Shown here: positions 31,836 to 41,495 of the stretch, in pieces
Position numbering within the stretch: the first letter of the stretch is position 1
Layout: each line of letters opens with the position of its first letter
Source: Amphiscolops sp. MND2022
Taxonomy: Eukaryota
Assembly: GCA_964187785.1 (NCBI GenBank)
Contig: OZ076409.1
Span: 65,722,001-65,786,000 of the forward strand
Direction: 5' to 3'
Length of the DNA: 64,000 nucleotides
The notes under the pieces: model-generated
Databases searched by the model: none
Seen by the model: the letters and a program-made list of their open reading frames with translations, nothing else
What the model was told of the DNA's origin: nothing
Made by a program: the position numbers and the translations under genes

Positions 31836-34800
31836 TTAACTACCGCCAAAGTTGGCAGAGGTAATCGACGCTATTGTGACATAGACGCGATCGTGCAAGA
31901 CTATTGTTATGTTGTGATCTGCAAAGTGGTCGCGTAGGGTGGCGTACCAGGCTGGGAGGAGGTTCATCGATCGCTCAGGATCATAGATGGGCAAGTGGAT
32001 TCTGGTAATGTGGTTTCGATGGAGTTGAGTTATCAAATTCGTCAAACACGCATGTAATACCTCATGTAAGAGCGGATGCTTGTTTGATGCTCTGGTACAC
32101 AGAAGGAAGATTTCGTTATTCCAGGGTGCAGTTGGCGAGCGGGTTAAGCGAATTGCGGTGCCAACTGATGGTCTTAGACGAAATATGTTTTCTTGACCGT
32201 ATTCGCGAATGACGTAACGGATCGTAGCCGAGTAAGAGAACAAATCCGCAGGGCAGCATAATATTACGGTGCCAGGTGCCTGCAGGATATCTGTGTCGTC
32301 ATAGCTTATCCAAGGTAAGTAATTCGGTCTGGTTTTAGGCTGGGTTATGAGCCATTTGCCGGTGGTTCTGCTCTGATCATCGGTGGGTCGGGGTGTCAAA
32401 TGCTGCAAGATTGCTTTTCGGTCTTCCCAGACGGTTCGTCGTAGAGGTCTATCTCCCAAGTTTGTGGATGACCAATCGTGTACTATTGAGAGTGCTTCGC
32501 TAATTGTCACGGGTTTTTCTGGTGTATAAGATTGTCGATCCAGGAAGTGTATCTTCGCCTGCCGGCAAAAGACTACCGCTATTAACTGTAGCCAGTGTTG
32601 GCTTAGGAACTTGCCACGATAAATATCGGCCATGTGGAAACAAAGCGTGTTCTCAGGTTCGGTTACCGTACGTAAACTTTCTAAGCACATCAGTAAAGTT
32701 GTTGGAGATACCAATGTCGTTGCGTCTAGAGAGGTGACAAGTAGCCACCATCCATTGGTGGGCTGATATATGTCTCCCGGCGGGGAGGCAATGTGATATT
32801 TCTCCCACAGTTGGTGTGCAGTGATACAGCGAATCATCTCCGGGCTACTATCCTCTTTTGCTAGCTCGCCGAACGTCATCGATGGTGGCAAAGGTGGTAT
32901 GATGGCATGTAGGGTGAATTCTAGACCGCCCCGATGGGGAAGTGTCCATTCTTTGAATCGGTAAGTCGGGCAGTCAGAGGGAGATGTCGCGTGCATCGCT
33001 TTGAGTGTTTCTTCCAGTGGTGGTATCGCTTCTCGTTCCACACTGGTGAAAGTTTTTTCTACCGTGATGACCAAATGGTGCACTAGCGGGGGTGTCTCCA
33101 CCTTTTCTCGTTGGGCTTGCACGGCTAAGATCTCATGTTGTGGGTGACAATGTGTCCTAGCCATAAAGAGATCCCTGGCAGGGACTACTGCTCCCCGGGC
33201 CAATCGGTCGTCCGGTGACTGGCGAGTCAGATGCTTGACGCAACTACAGTTGCGGGAACCACAGGTTCCACACTTGTAACGTGGTGCTCTGTTAGCTCGC
33301 AGTTGATATCGTGATGTTCGCGATGATGGTCTTGATTCTGAATCCTGGACATCTGGTGGTTGTTGGCTTTCGGGTATTTCTGGTAGAGTCATCGCTCGGT
33401 CTAGTTTTCGAGGGGGTGCACGAGTGCTCGTTCTTGCTCTGGGGCCTCTTCTGGGTCGTGCGGTTTGGGTTCGTGACGATGTTGTGGTTCTAGTAGATGG
33501 TATAGCGCGGGATTTTCCTCTACCCGGTGGTCGGCCTCGAGGCCGTCCTCTACTATTCGTGGTATTGGGTTGCGTTGAGCAATGGCTTGGACTGCGATGG
33601 GTTGTCTCTTCCTCATTCTCAGTTTCTGACTTTGGTTTATTTTCTATCGGGTCGATCGGGTTCTCTAGTTGGGGGCCAAACAAGGGAAAGTTACTCAGGG
33701 TGTCTGTTAGGGACGGATTGGATAGTAGGGGGGCTGAGGTCCCTGAGGGTGATGGTATCAGACTTGTAGGTACGGCCGGCTGAATTTCCTCCTGGTCGGA
33801 GTACAGTGGTTCCAGGTCGTCTAAGTCGGGGAACACTACTGGCGGTGGTGGGCTCTGAATCGGTGGTTCATTTTCCTCTGTTTCGGAATCTGAGTTGGAG
33901 GGGTACCCGAAGTGGCTGAATCTTCTTCTGGGTATTCCTTGTTCGAGTGCCGTTTGGGTACGAGTCTGAATGGTACGAGGTGGAATCGATCCTGTCGGTT
34001 CCATTTCGAAGGATGCTTCCGGAAGTTGTTCCGGTAGGAAAGAGTCTTGGGAGATGTCGGACGCTATCTCTTCATTGCTTTCTTCTACGTACGGATCAGC
34101 AATAATGGCTACGTTTTGATTCGGCCCAAAGGGCTGGTGTGCGGCCCAGTCCCAAGGGGCAGGCACATGCTTTTTCAATCTTTCGTAGTGGACCTTTTGG
34201 CCAGTGTCTAGTACGTATAATCGTCCGTCCTGCAACACGTCGGTTACCTTGTGGGGTCCGCGCCATGCGCGAATCAGCTTGCGGGTGCCACCCTTGGGTA
34301 TGATATGGCAGAACACCCACACCGCATCGCCTACAGCATGCGCTTTGGCCTTCAGGTGGCGGTCAAACTTCAGCTTCTGGCGTAGCTGTGCTTGGTGTGT
34401 ATTTCTTCTGACGAGTTCATGGATTTCTTGCTGTCTGGCTAGAAGATGTTCTACGAATTCTTCTTTGGAATCGAATCCTCGGGCAGCAAATTCTGGGTAG
34501 ATGAATGACAGGGGAATTGATTTCTCGGCTCCGTGTTGGAGCATATAGGGAGAGAATCCAGTGGTTGCGTGTCTAGTTGAATTGTACGCACCGAGGATTC
34601 CATCAATATGCTCATCCCAATCCTGCATTCGTCGAGAAGTGTAGACTCTCAGCAGTGTGAGTAACGTTCGGTTCTGCCTTTCCACGAGTCCATTCCCTCG
34701 AGGATGCGCTGGAGTGGATGTCACTTTAGTGACTTGCGAGGCTTTCATTAGCTCCTGTGCGATTTCAGCTGTGAAATTCGTGGCATTGTCGGATTGCATC

Positions 34801-37800
34801 CGTGCTGGGGTGCCGTGCCTGGCAAACCATTTGTTAAGGATGATTTTAGCTGTGGTTTGGGCATCATATTCGTCGTGGGCACATGGAATGGCCTCGGCAA
34901 ATTTCGTGAAGTGGTCTATCATGACTAAGAGACCGGTGTTTCCCGAGTCGGTTTTGCAAAGTTTGAGGTGGTCGAATTGTACTAGGTCGTTGAAATTGCT
35001 ACTGTTGATGTTCTGCAAGGGGTAGCAGGGGTTCCCGGCGGGGTGTTTTGTTTGCTGGCAGGTCAAGCAGTGCTTGATGTGATTGACTATGTCACGCTTG
35101 ATGCCCGGCCAGGTGTGCCGTTCTTGTACTCTCGCTAGCACCTTCCCTACGCCCTGATGTCCCGATTCGTCGTGTGCCCTATACAGAATCTCGTGCTGGT
35201 ATAGTTGTGGCATGACTATCATACACGGTCGCACGTGCAGCGCACGTTGTTGCGGAACGTAGTTGACGCAGAGAATGTCGTCTGGGTTCAGGAAGAGCAG
35301 GTCTTTCTTTTGATGGAAGTAGCGTCGTGCGAAGTCCTGTACGTCGTCGGGGAACATCGTTTCCTCCAGTGGTTCGCCTTTCATGAGTTTCCTCAACGCT
35401 AGGAGGTGTACGTCCCTATTTTGTGCTAGGTGCAGGTCTTTGAGGCCACGTCTAGTCAAAAAGTGTTCATGCAGCTCTGTCCCAACTGTTCTAAGGGCGT
35501 TGGCTTGTGTTTGGCATTCGGGTGGCATCTCTTCAAGCACAGGATCAGGTTTTTCAGTGTCTAGGCGTGCCGGTGGCACTTTGGTCGTGATGCTGAGGAT
35601 GTGAGTGGGTCGGTGATCCTCATCTGTGGTAGGTGTCGCCTCCCACTGTACTTGAGGATACCATGGGGCACCATTCACCGGGGGCTCTTGCAGGCTCGTT
35701 TTGGGTCTTTTTCCCAAGATATACAGCAGTGGGAGTTGGGCTCGAGCTTCCGGCGGGAGCTCTGGGTGGTTTGGTATTGGGCGTCCGTGTTTGTCGAAGT
35801 ATGGTACGGTGGGGAGCGCTTCATAGTCTTCTTTGGTCATGAAGTTGAATCCTTCACTCACTTCCGGTAACTTCTCGAGGATTTTCTCCCGGTGCACGTA
35901 GTCGTTGGTTCGTTTGCTGAGGCCGTCTACGTTTCGATGCTGTGTGCGAGGTCGGTGGATCGTCTTGAAGTTGTATTGATCTAGACGGGCTATCCAGCGA
36001 CCTATCATGGCTTGGTCCATGGAGTACGTTTTAAGCCATGACAGGGCCTGATTGTCCACACGGAGCGTGAACTCTCGGCCTGCGAGATATGAATGGAATT
36101 TCTCGATGAAGTAAAATACTGCGTACATTTCCAACTTGGGTGCTCCATAGTTTAGCTGTGTCTTCGTCAGGGATTTGCTCCCGAAGACTATTGGCCGCAA
36201 AATAGTCTTCCCATTGTGTTCTTGTTCCTGGTGCAGGATTCCAGCTATCGCTACTGCGCTAGCATCAGTATCGAGCACGAATCGTCCGTCTTCATTTGGG
36301 GCTGCCAAGGCGGTCGCGTTTGCCAGTGCTTCCTTTACTGCATCGAAGGCTTCTTGGTGTTTCGTTTCCCAGTGGAAATGCTGACTTTTCTTGAGCAACT
36401 CTTGCAGGGGTTGCACTTTGGCTGCATGAAACGGTACAAAGTCCCTGTAATAGTTTGCAAACCCCAGGAAGCTCTGAAGCTCCTCTTTGTTTCTCGGGGG
36501 CATCCATTCTTGGATTTTAACTATAGCTTCGGGGTCTGGTCTGATGCCCTCCGAGGATACCACTCGCCCCAGGTACTTCGTCTCCGTGCGCATGAAATCA
36601 CACTTCTCGGCGCGCATCTTGAATCCAGCCTCTCGGAGACACTCGAATACTTCCTTGATTCGTACGATGTGGTCTTCTATGGTTTCCGTGGCGATAACTA
36701 TGTCGTCAATGTAAGCCATGACGACACTCCCGTGCCGCTGCTGGATCCGTTGCAGGGCCCGTGTAATAGAGCGCTGAAATGTGGCCGATGCATTGCATAG
36801 CCCAAAGGGCATGCGCCGCCATTCGAACAATCCCAGTTCACAGGCAAATGCTGTTTTCCTTCTATCGCGCTTCTTTAGCGGTATCTGCCAGAAGGCCCAC
36901 GCTAGGTCGATACTTGTGAAGATTTTCGCATTGCCTATCCGGGATAGACTTTCATCAATCCTGGGCAATGGGAACGCGTCCTTGACCGTTACGTCATTGA
37001 GCGGTCGAAAGTCACAACAGAAGCGAAGTTCGCCTGTTTTCTTTTTGACCATGACTATTCCGCTTGCCCACGGTGAATAGGAGGGTTGAATTAGGCCAAG
37101 GGCCAGTAGATTCCGTACCTCTTGATTAGCCTTTGCTGCCTTATCCGGGGACATGCGCCGAGCGCCTTCTCTATGCGGGATAGCTTCCGGCTCTAGTTCT
37201 ATGCGGTGTTTTGCTATTTTGCACCTCCCTATGTCGGCTTTATGTTTCATAAAAAGGTCATCGTACTCGCTCAGAACGCTTGCTAGTTGATCTCTCGCTC
37301 CCTCCCCCCACGAAGAAAGGACGGAAGAAAGGTCTGGACCTGGTATAGGTTTTAGCAATTGTGGGTCAGTCTTAGCACGCTTTTCGCTTTCCGATAATCC
37401 TTCTTCAGACATCTCAGTAGAGGACAAGAAGTTTTGAGCAAAAGAACTATATTCTGAACTCGTTTCGTTTAACCACTCTTCGGTATAAACTTTATTAACT
37501 TGTTCAAACAAAGATTTATCAACTTCGGTTGCCGTGTCGGCAGCCACAGGTTGCAACACAAATTTTGTAGTTTCTGCCTTACCGAGGACAGTTTTGGTTT
37601 GAATGGTTACGTTTTCAGAGGGGGTAGTGTTTCGTAGGGCTATGAAGACAATGCCTTCATCTCCAACAGACGTCAATGTATCTTCTGAAACAAAGGGGGA
37701 TCGTTTAGATGTCCCCTGGGGGCGAATCATTACGTTTCGGAAAAGGTACTCGTTGTGCTTTTGAGAAATGATTTGGGCTCGTACTAGCCTACGCTCATAG

Positions 37801-40800
37801 GGGCCTAGAACTACTTTTTCGGTGGATATCACTAGGGATGGCTCATGATCACTTACCTCATGGACGGGTTTGAAGTGGCGTGGCGCTTTGGGGTCTCGTA
37901 TAGTGACCCTCATGGCCGTCAGGTCCACGAGAACATTGTAGGTGCGCAAGAAGTTTCTGCCAAGTAGGAAGTCTTCCGCGCCTAGGTGATCGGCAATGAC
38001 TATGAAATTGGTTCGGAGGGTGTATCCGCCCAACTGGAAGCTAACATTTTCGGCGATTCCAATGGTGTTGATGGTTTTACCGTTGGCGGCATACAGTTGG
38101 ATGTCATACGGTAGGAGGCTCAAGGCGTGGGGTGATGCAATTTTTTGATAGGCTTTGAGGGAGAGAATGGAGACACCGGAACCGGTGTCTATCATCCCGT
38201 ACAAGGGTATTGGTTCCTGGATAGTGTTGCCAAAGGCAACCACCAGGGATGCCCTTTCGTCAATACGAGCCTCCCCCTGGGCATCTTGCACTCCGATGTT
38301 ATAACATCGTAACTCCTGGCGGCCCAAATACAATCCCTGAGGGAAGTGGCCTTCTAAGACTACAATAGCATCAAATTTCATGTCTACACCGTCTACGTTA
38401 ATGGCTACCGGCACCGGAGAAACGGTTTTAACTTTCTGTATTGGGGCCAGTTTCGTTTCGTCTTCTCGCGCAAAATGTGGGAGCGGTCGGGCTGCGATGG
38501 TATACTTCACGTTTCTGCATAATTCTTCCTTTAGTTGCGAGAGCGTCAGCGTGGGTCGCGTTTTCTGTTCGGCCGAGAGTAGCAAGTGTATTGAGATAAG
38601 TGTCTCTGTGCAATCTGGGGCGGGTGCCTCTAGTGTGGTGAGTACTTGTTTCTCGCCACAAGTGACTACTACAGGTCGGGAGGGACCTCCGTCTTCCGCT
38701 ACTGATATTACCCGGACTTGGTCGTCTTGACTCAGGCCATCGAATTGACTTGGTGAAGGAGCATACCAAGCTGCACGGATTTGTTCTTCGTGACCCATCT
38801 GTTCCGAGGCCATGCATTCTGACGCCGAGTGTTCAGTACGGCCGCAATTAATGCAAAAGGCAACAGTGCCTTGGGTTGGTAGGGATGCTGGGAACACATC
38901 ATAGTTTAAGCCGTGTGGCTGGGAGGGGCACATCCAACTACCCGTCGGGTTCGTGTGACAGGAGTTCACCTGCTGTTGTACTGGCTTCCGTGCACGGTCT
39001 TTCAGGGGGCAGTCTACCACAAAATGCGATGGGTCTCCGCAGTTGAAGCACGCTCTTTGGGGTTGCGGTCGATAGGCTGCCGGTGGCATTGGTTGTTGTT
39101 GGTATGCTGCTGGTTGAGGAGGCTGTTGTTGTGGCACTTTTTGGGCAGGTGCGGGTGCTACTGGGGACTGATTTGGTTGTTGGATATTGGCTTGTTGTTG
39201 TGGAGGAGGCATCATTGGGTAGTTGTCCGAACGGGTCGAGCCTCGCATGCGTAAGTATTGTTGCACTGTGAAGCGGAGGGCTTCCACAGTTGGCGGGGTT
39301 TCCACGTATTGTTCCGGTGCATACATTAGCGCGAGGTTTCTTTTTAGTTCGAAGTTGCGTACTCCCTCAATGAATCTTTGCATGATTTCGTATCGACGAA
39401 CTGTCACCTCTTCATTGGGGTAACCTTGACTACGCAGGCCTTCGAGGGCATCAAGGTATTGCATGTAGTCTTCATCGCTATTCTGGTTGCGGGTTCTAAA
39501 TTGCTGTTGGATGTGGATTTTGCTGGAACCTGTCCCGAAGCGACGCGCTAATAATGCGAATACTTTTTCGTCAGTGTCCCTCTCTGCTTCGGACTTATTC
39601 GTGATGTAATCCCTGGCTTCATGCTCTAGATACTCGATTATTGTCCACGCCTTATCGAGGGGGGTTGCCTTAGGGTGTGCTTTTTCCAAATGGCGTTTCA
39701 TTAACATCATCCATCCATCTGCGTTTCCGTCTCGGGTTCCTCTGTATTTCGTGGGCTTGTTTTTGGATTCCTTGGCGGCGAGCAACGGCTCTAAGCCTTT
39801 AGACATGGCCGTAGATATTGCTTCCGCCAGTGCTTGTCGTTGGGTAGTTCTCGGCGTGTCTGGAGTCTCTTCTGCTATTGAGGGCATTTCTTCGATGTCG
39901 CTGTGTTCGCCTTTGCCTTGTTCTAAATTCCGCTTGTTTGTCATTTTGCGCTGCGTACTGGTGGCCACTGGCCGCGGAACGAAGTCTCTGAACGTTTGCG
40001 TTCGCGCAGGTGGGCGGAATGCTGCGCTTGAATCGGCCGTGTAGTAGCTGGTCCTGCGGGCGTTCGTCTCGTCGGCGGCGGAATAAAAATCGCCGGAGGT
40101 CGATGTTCCGCGAGCGTACTGGTCGAGCGACGGCGGGTCAGTCATTGGATCCGTACCTGCGTCTCGTGATTCCGTGTGGGTCACTTTAGCCATCTTGCTA
40201 GCTTTAGACAGGTCACGCCTGTACGTTGCGGGTGGCATTAGTTTTGGAGGCCTAGGAGGTTCTACTGTGTGTTGTGCCACCGTTCTATAATGAGGTTGGG
40301 GAGCTTCGCTTGTAGATGGTATTTCGGTCTGTTGATATTTTTGGGGAATCCGCGGCGCCGTTTGTGCTTGCTGCGCGGGGGTTTGCGACACGATTGCTTT
40401 CACTCCCAATGTCAGATCTTGCATTGCCATCATCAAGTCCGCCATGCGGACATTGGAGTCTATGTCGCGACGCTGCATCGTGTTGGTCATTGCTTTCATG
40501 CGCTCATCTGCTTGGCGGTCCCTTTCTCTCATTATTGCAGACATCTCGGCCATGCGAGCGTCCGCTGTAGTTTCTCTCTGTTTAATCAGATCATTGAGAG
40601 ATGCCATTGACGCTTCCAGTCGACCTTGATTTTGTCGCCCTTCCGCTTGCATTTCCAACAGACCTTTTCGTAGCTCGTCCATGTCCCTCATTATCATGTC
40701 GGCGCGCATCTCATGTTCGTTGTTTTCTCTCGCCAGCCTCGTCTGGACTTGAGCTAATTGCGCCAGACTACTCTGAAAGTCTTCTCGAACCGTTTGCACT

Positions 40801-41495
40801 TCCTTTCTCGCTTTGGTTATTGTTGAGTCGAGATTGGTGTCGGCGCTAGCTTGAGAGTCTGGTGTGTGAGACGTTCGACTCGCATTCGCATAGTTGATTT
40901 TTGGTGTCACCGAGGGTGGCGTTCGAAAAACATATCTTAACGGATTCTCGGTTATGTTCGTCTTCGAGTTTTTCGCTGGTCCGTTCGACGTTTTGGTCGG
41001 TGCTTCCGATAGCGCATATCCGCTTCGGAAGGGATTTCCGCCTATGCTATTGATCATCTCTTGGGAACCCAGGGGGTTCCTTTCGACTTGTGCCATCCTT
41101 GGGTCCGCCCGCGGAGTGTCATTTTGTTCGTTGGCGGTACCAACAATGCTGAGCTCACTGATGGGCCCTTGGTTGGAGTTTGGCCAGTTTTCCAAGCTGT
41201 AGTCAGTGACTTCCAGCGGAGGCCGTGTGTCTCTTTGCGTGTTGTTCTCAGCATCATCCGGTAGATTGGTGCTATCGGGGGAGGCTCGCGAGGAGTTGGG
41301 CTGGGTATTGGCAGCGGCTATTTCCGCGTTTTGTTCCTGGCTCGGTACGAAGTCAGACATAGCTTCTGAAATTACGGCTGCTATGGCTGAATCTAATCTA
41401 CATTCGTTTTGTTCGGTTGTGGTTTCCGTTCTTCTTCCGAAAGGGTTGGTGGCATGGAAGTCGCTAATGATGGCGTTAGTCTCGCGTCGTTCCAT
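31836..41495 (-). CDS. Gypsy gag-pol polyprotein (3219 aa) with extra protease-like, dUTPase-like and macrodomain-like regions
   Basis: ATG in GCCATGG at 41495. Coiled coil, capsid-like region (KYRGTRDGNADGW), two CCHC knuckles, protease IDTGSG (DTG at 38181-38189), RT YIDD (36702-36713), RNase H TDASA, integrase H..H..CLTC / FDHL / SDNA / VER, GPY/F-like WRGPH, then a long C-terminal extension. Confidence 0.97.
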   Translation of the reverse strand: MERRETNAIISDFHATNPFGRRTETTTEQNECRLDSAIAAVISEAMSDFVPSQEQNAEIAAANTQPNSSRASPDSTNLPDDAENNTQRDTRPPLEVTDYSLENWPNSNQGPISELSIVGTANEQNDTPRADPRMAQVERNPLGSQEMINSIGGNPFRSGYALSEAPTKTSNGPAKNSKTNITENPLRYVFRTPPSVTPKINYANASRTSHTPDSQASADTNLDSTITKARKEVQTVREDFQSSLAQLAQVQTRLARENNEHEMRADMIMRDMDELRKGLLEMQAEGRQNQGRLEASMASLNDLIKQRETTADARMAEMSAIMRERDRQADERMKAMTNTMQRRDIDSNVRMADLMMAMQDLTLGVKAIVSQTPAQQAQTAPRIPQKYQQTEIPSTSEAPQPHYRTVAQHTVEPPRPPKLMPPATYRRDLSKASKMAKVTHTESRDAGTDPMTDPPSLDQYARGTSTSGDFYSAADETNARRTSYYTADSSAAFRPPARTQTFRDFVPRPVATSTQRKMTNKRNLEQGKGEHSDIEEMPSIAEETPDTPRTTQRQALAEAISTAMSKGLEPLLAAKESKNKPTKYRGTRDGNADGWMMLMKRHLEKAHPKATPLDKAWTIIEYLEHEARDYITNKSEAERDTDEKVFALLARRFGTGSSKIHIQQQFRTRNQNSDEDYMQYLDALEGLRSQGYPNEEVTVRRYEIMQRFIEGVRNFELKRNLALMYAPEQYVETPPTVEALRFTVQQYLRMRGSTRSDNYPMMPPPQQQANIQQPNQSPVAPAPAQKVPQQQPPQPAAYQQQPMPPAAYRPQPQRACFNCGDPSHFVVDCPLKDRARKPVQQQVNSCHTNPTGSWMCPSQPHGLNYDVFPASLPTQGTVAFCINCGRTEHSASECMASEQMGHEEQIRAAWYAPSPSQFDGLSQDDQVRVISVAEDGGPSRPVVVTCGEKQVLTTLEAPAPDCTETLISIHLLLSAEQKTRPTLTLSQLKEELCRNVKYTIAARPLPHFAREDETKLAPIQKVKTVSPVPVAINVDGVDMKFDAIVVLEGHFPQGLYLGRQELRCYNIGVQDAQGEARIDERASLVVAFGNTIQEPIPLYGMIDTGSGVSILSLKAYQKIASPHALSLLPYDIQLYAANGKTINTIGIAENVSFQLGGYTLRTNFIVIADHLGAEDFLLGRNFLRTYNVLVDLTAMRVTIRDPKAPRHFKPVHEVSDHEPSLVISTEKVVLGPYERRLVRAQIISQKHNEYLFRNVMIRPQGTSKRSPFVSEDTLTSVGDEGIVFIALRNTTPSENVTIQTKTVLGKAETTKFVLQPVAADTATEVDKSLFEQVNKVYTEEWLNETSSEYSSFAQNFLSSTEMSEEGLSESEKRAKTDPQLLKPIPGPDLSSVLSSWGEGARDQLASVLSEYDDLFMKHKADIGRCKIAKHRIELEPEAIPHREGARRMSPDKAAKANQEVRNLLALGLIQPSYSPWASGIVMVKKKTGELRFCCDFRPLNDVTVKDAFPLPRIDESLSRIGNAKIFTSIDLAWAFWQIPLKKRDRRKTAFACELGLFEWRRMPFGLCNASATFQRSITRALQRIQQRHGSVVMAYIDDIVIATETIEDHIVRIKEVFECLREAGFKMRAEKCDFMRTETKYLGRVVSSEGIRPDPEAIVKIQEWMPPRNKEELQSFLGFANYYRDFVPFHAAKVQPLQELLKKSQHFHWETKHQEAFDAVKEALANATALAAPNEDGRFVLDTDASAVAIAGILHQEQEHNGKTILRPIVFGSKSLTKTQLNYGAPKLEMYAVFYFIEKFHSYLAGREFTLRVDNQALSWLKTYSMDQAMIGRWIARLDQYNFKTIHRPRTQHRNVDGLSKRTNDYVHREKILEKLPEVSEGFNFMTKEDYEALPTVPYFDKHGRPIPNHPELPPEARAQLPLLYILGKRPKTSLQEPPVNGAPWYPQVQWEATPTTDEDHRPTHILSITTKVPPARLDTEKPDPVLEEMPPECQTQANALRTVGTELHEHFLTRRGLKDLHLAQNRDVHLLALRKLMKGEPLEETMFPDDVQDFARRYFHQKKDLLFLNPDDILCVNYVPQQRALHVRPCMIVMPQLYQHEILYRAHDESGHQGVGKVLARVQERHTWPGIKRDIVNHIKHCLTCQQTKHPAGNPCYPLQNINSSNFNDLVQFDHLKLCKTDSGNTGLLVMIDHFTKFAEAIPCAHDEYDAQTTAKIILNKWFARHGTPARMQSDNATNFTAEIAQELMKASQVTKVTSTPAHPRGNGLVERQNRTLLTLLRVYTSRRMQDWDEHIDGILGAYNSTRHATTGFSPYMLQHGAEKSIPLSFIYPEFAARGFDSKEEFVEHLLARQQEIHELVRRNTHQAQLRQKLKFDRHLKAKAHAVGDAVWVFCHIIPKGGTRKLIRAWRGPHKVTDVLQDGRLYVLDTGQKVHYERLKKHVPAPWDWAAHQPFGPNQNVAIIADPYVEESNEEIASDISQDSFLPEQLPEASFEMEPTGSIPPRTIQTRTQTALEQGIPRRRFSHFGYPSNSDSETEENEPPIQSPPPPVVFPDLDDLEPLYSDQEEIQPAVPTSLIPSPSGTSAPLLSNPSLTDTLSNFPLFGPQLENPIDPIENKPKSETENEEETTHRSPSHCSTQPNTTNSRGRPRGRPPGRGKSRAIPSTRTTTSSRTQTARPRRGPRARTSTRAPPRKLDRAMTLPEIPESQQPPDVQDSESRPSSRTSRYQLRANRAPRYKCGTCGSRNCSCVKHLTRQSPDDRLARGAVVPARDLFMARTHCHPQHEILAVQAQREKVETPPLVHHLVITVEKTFTSVEREAIPPLEETLKAMHATSPSDCPTYRFKEWTLPHRGGLEFTLHAIIPPLPPSMTFGELAKEDSSPEMIRCITAHQLWEKYHIASPPGDIYQPTNGWWLLVTSLDATTLVSPTTLLMCLESLRTVTEPENTLCFHMADIYRGKFLSQHWLQLIAVVFCRQAKIHFLDRQSYTPEKPVTISEALSIVHDWSSTNLGDRPLRRTVWEDRKAILQHLTPRPTDDQSRTTGKWLITQPKTRPNYLPWISYDDTDILQAPGTVILCCPADLFSYSATIRYVIREYGQENIFRLRPSVGTAIRLTRSPTAPWNNEIFLLCTRASNKHPLLHEVLHACLTNLITQLHRNHITRIHLPIYDPERSMNLLPAWYATLRDHFADHNITIVLHDRVYVTIASITSANFGGS

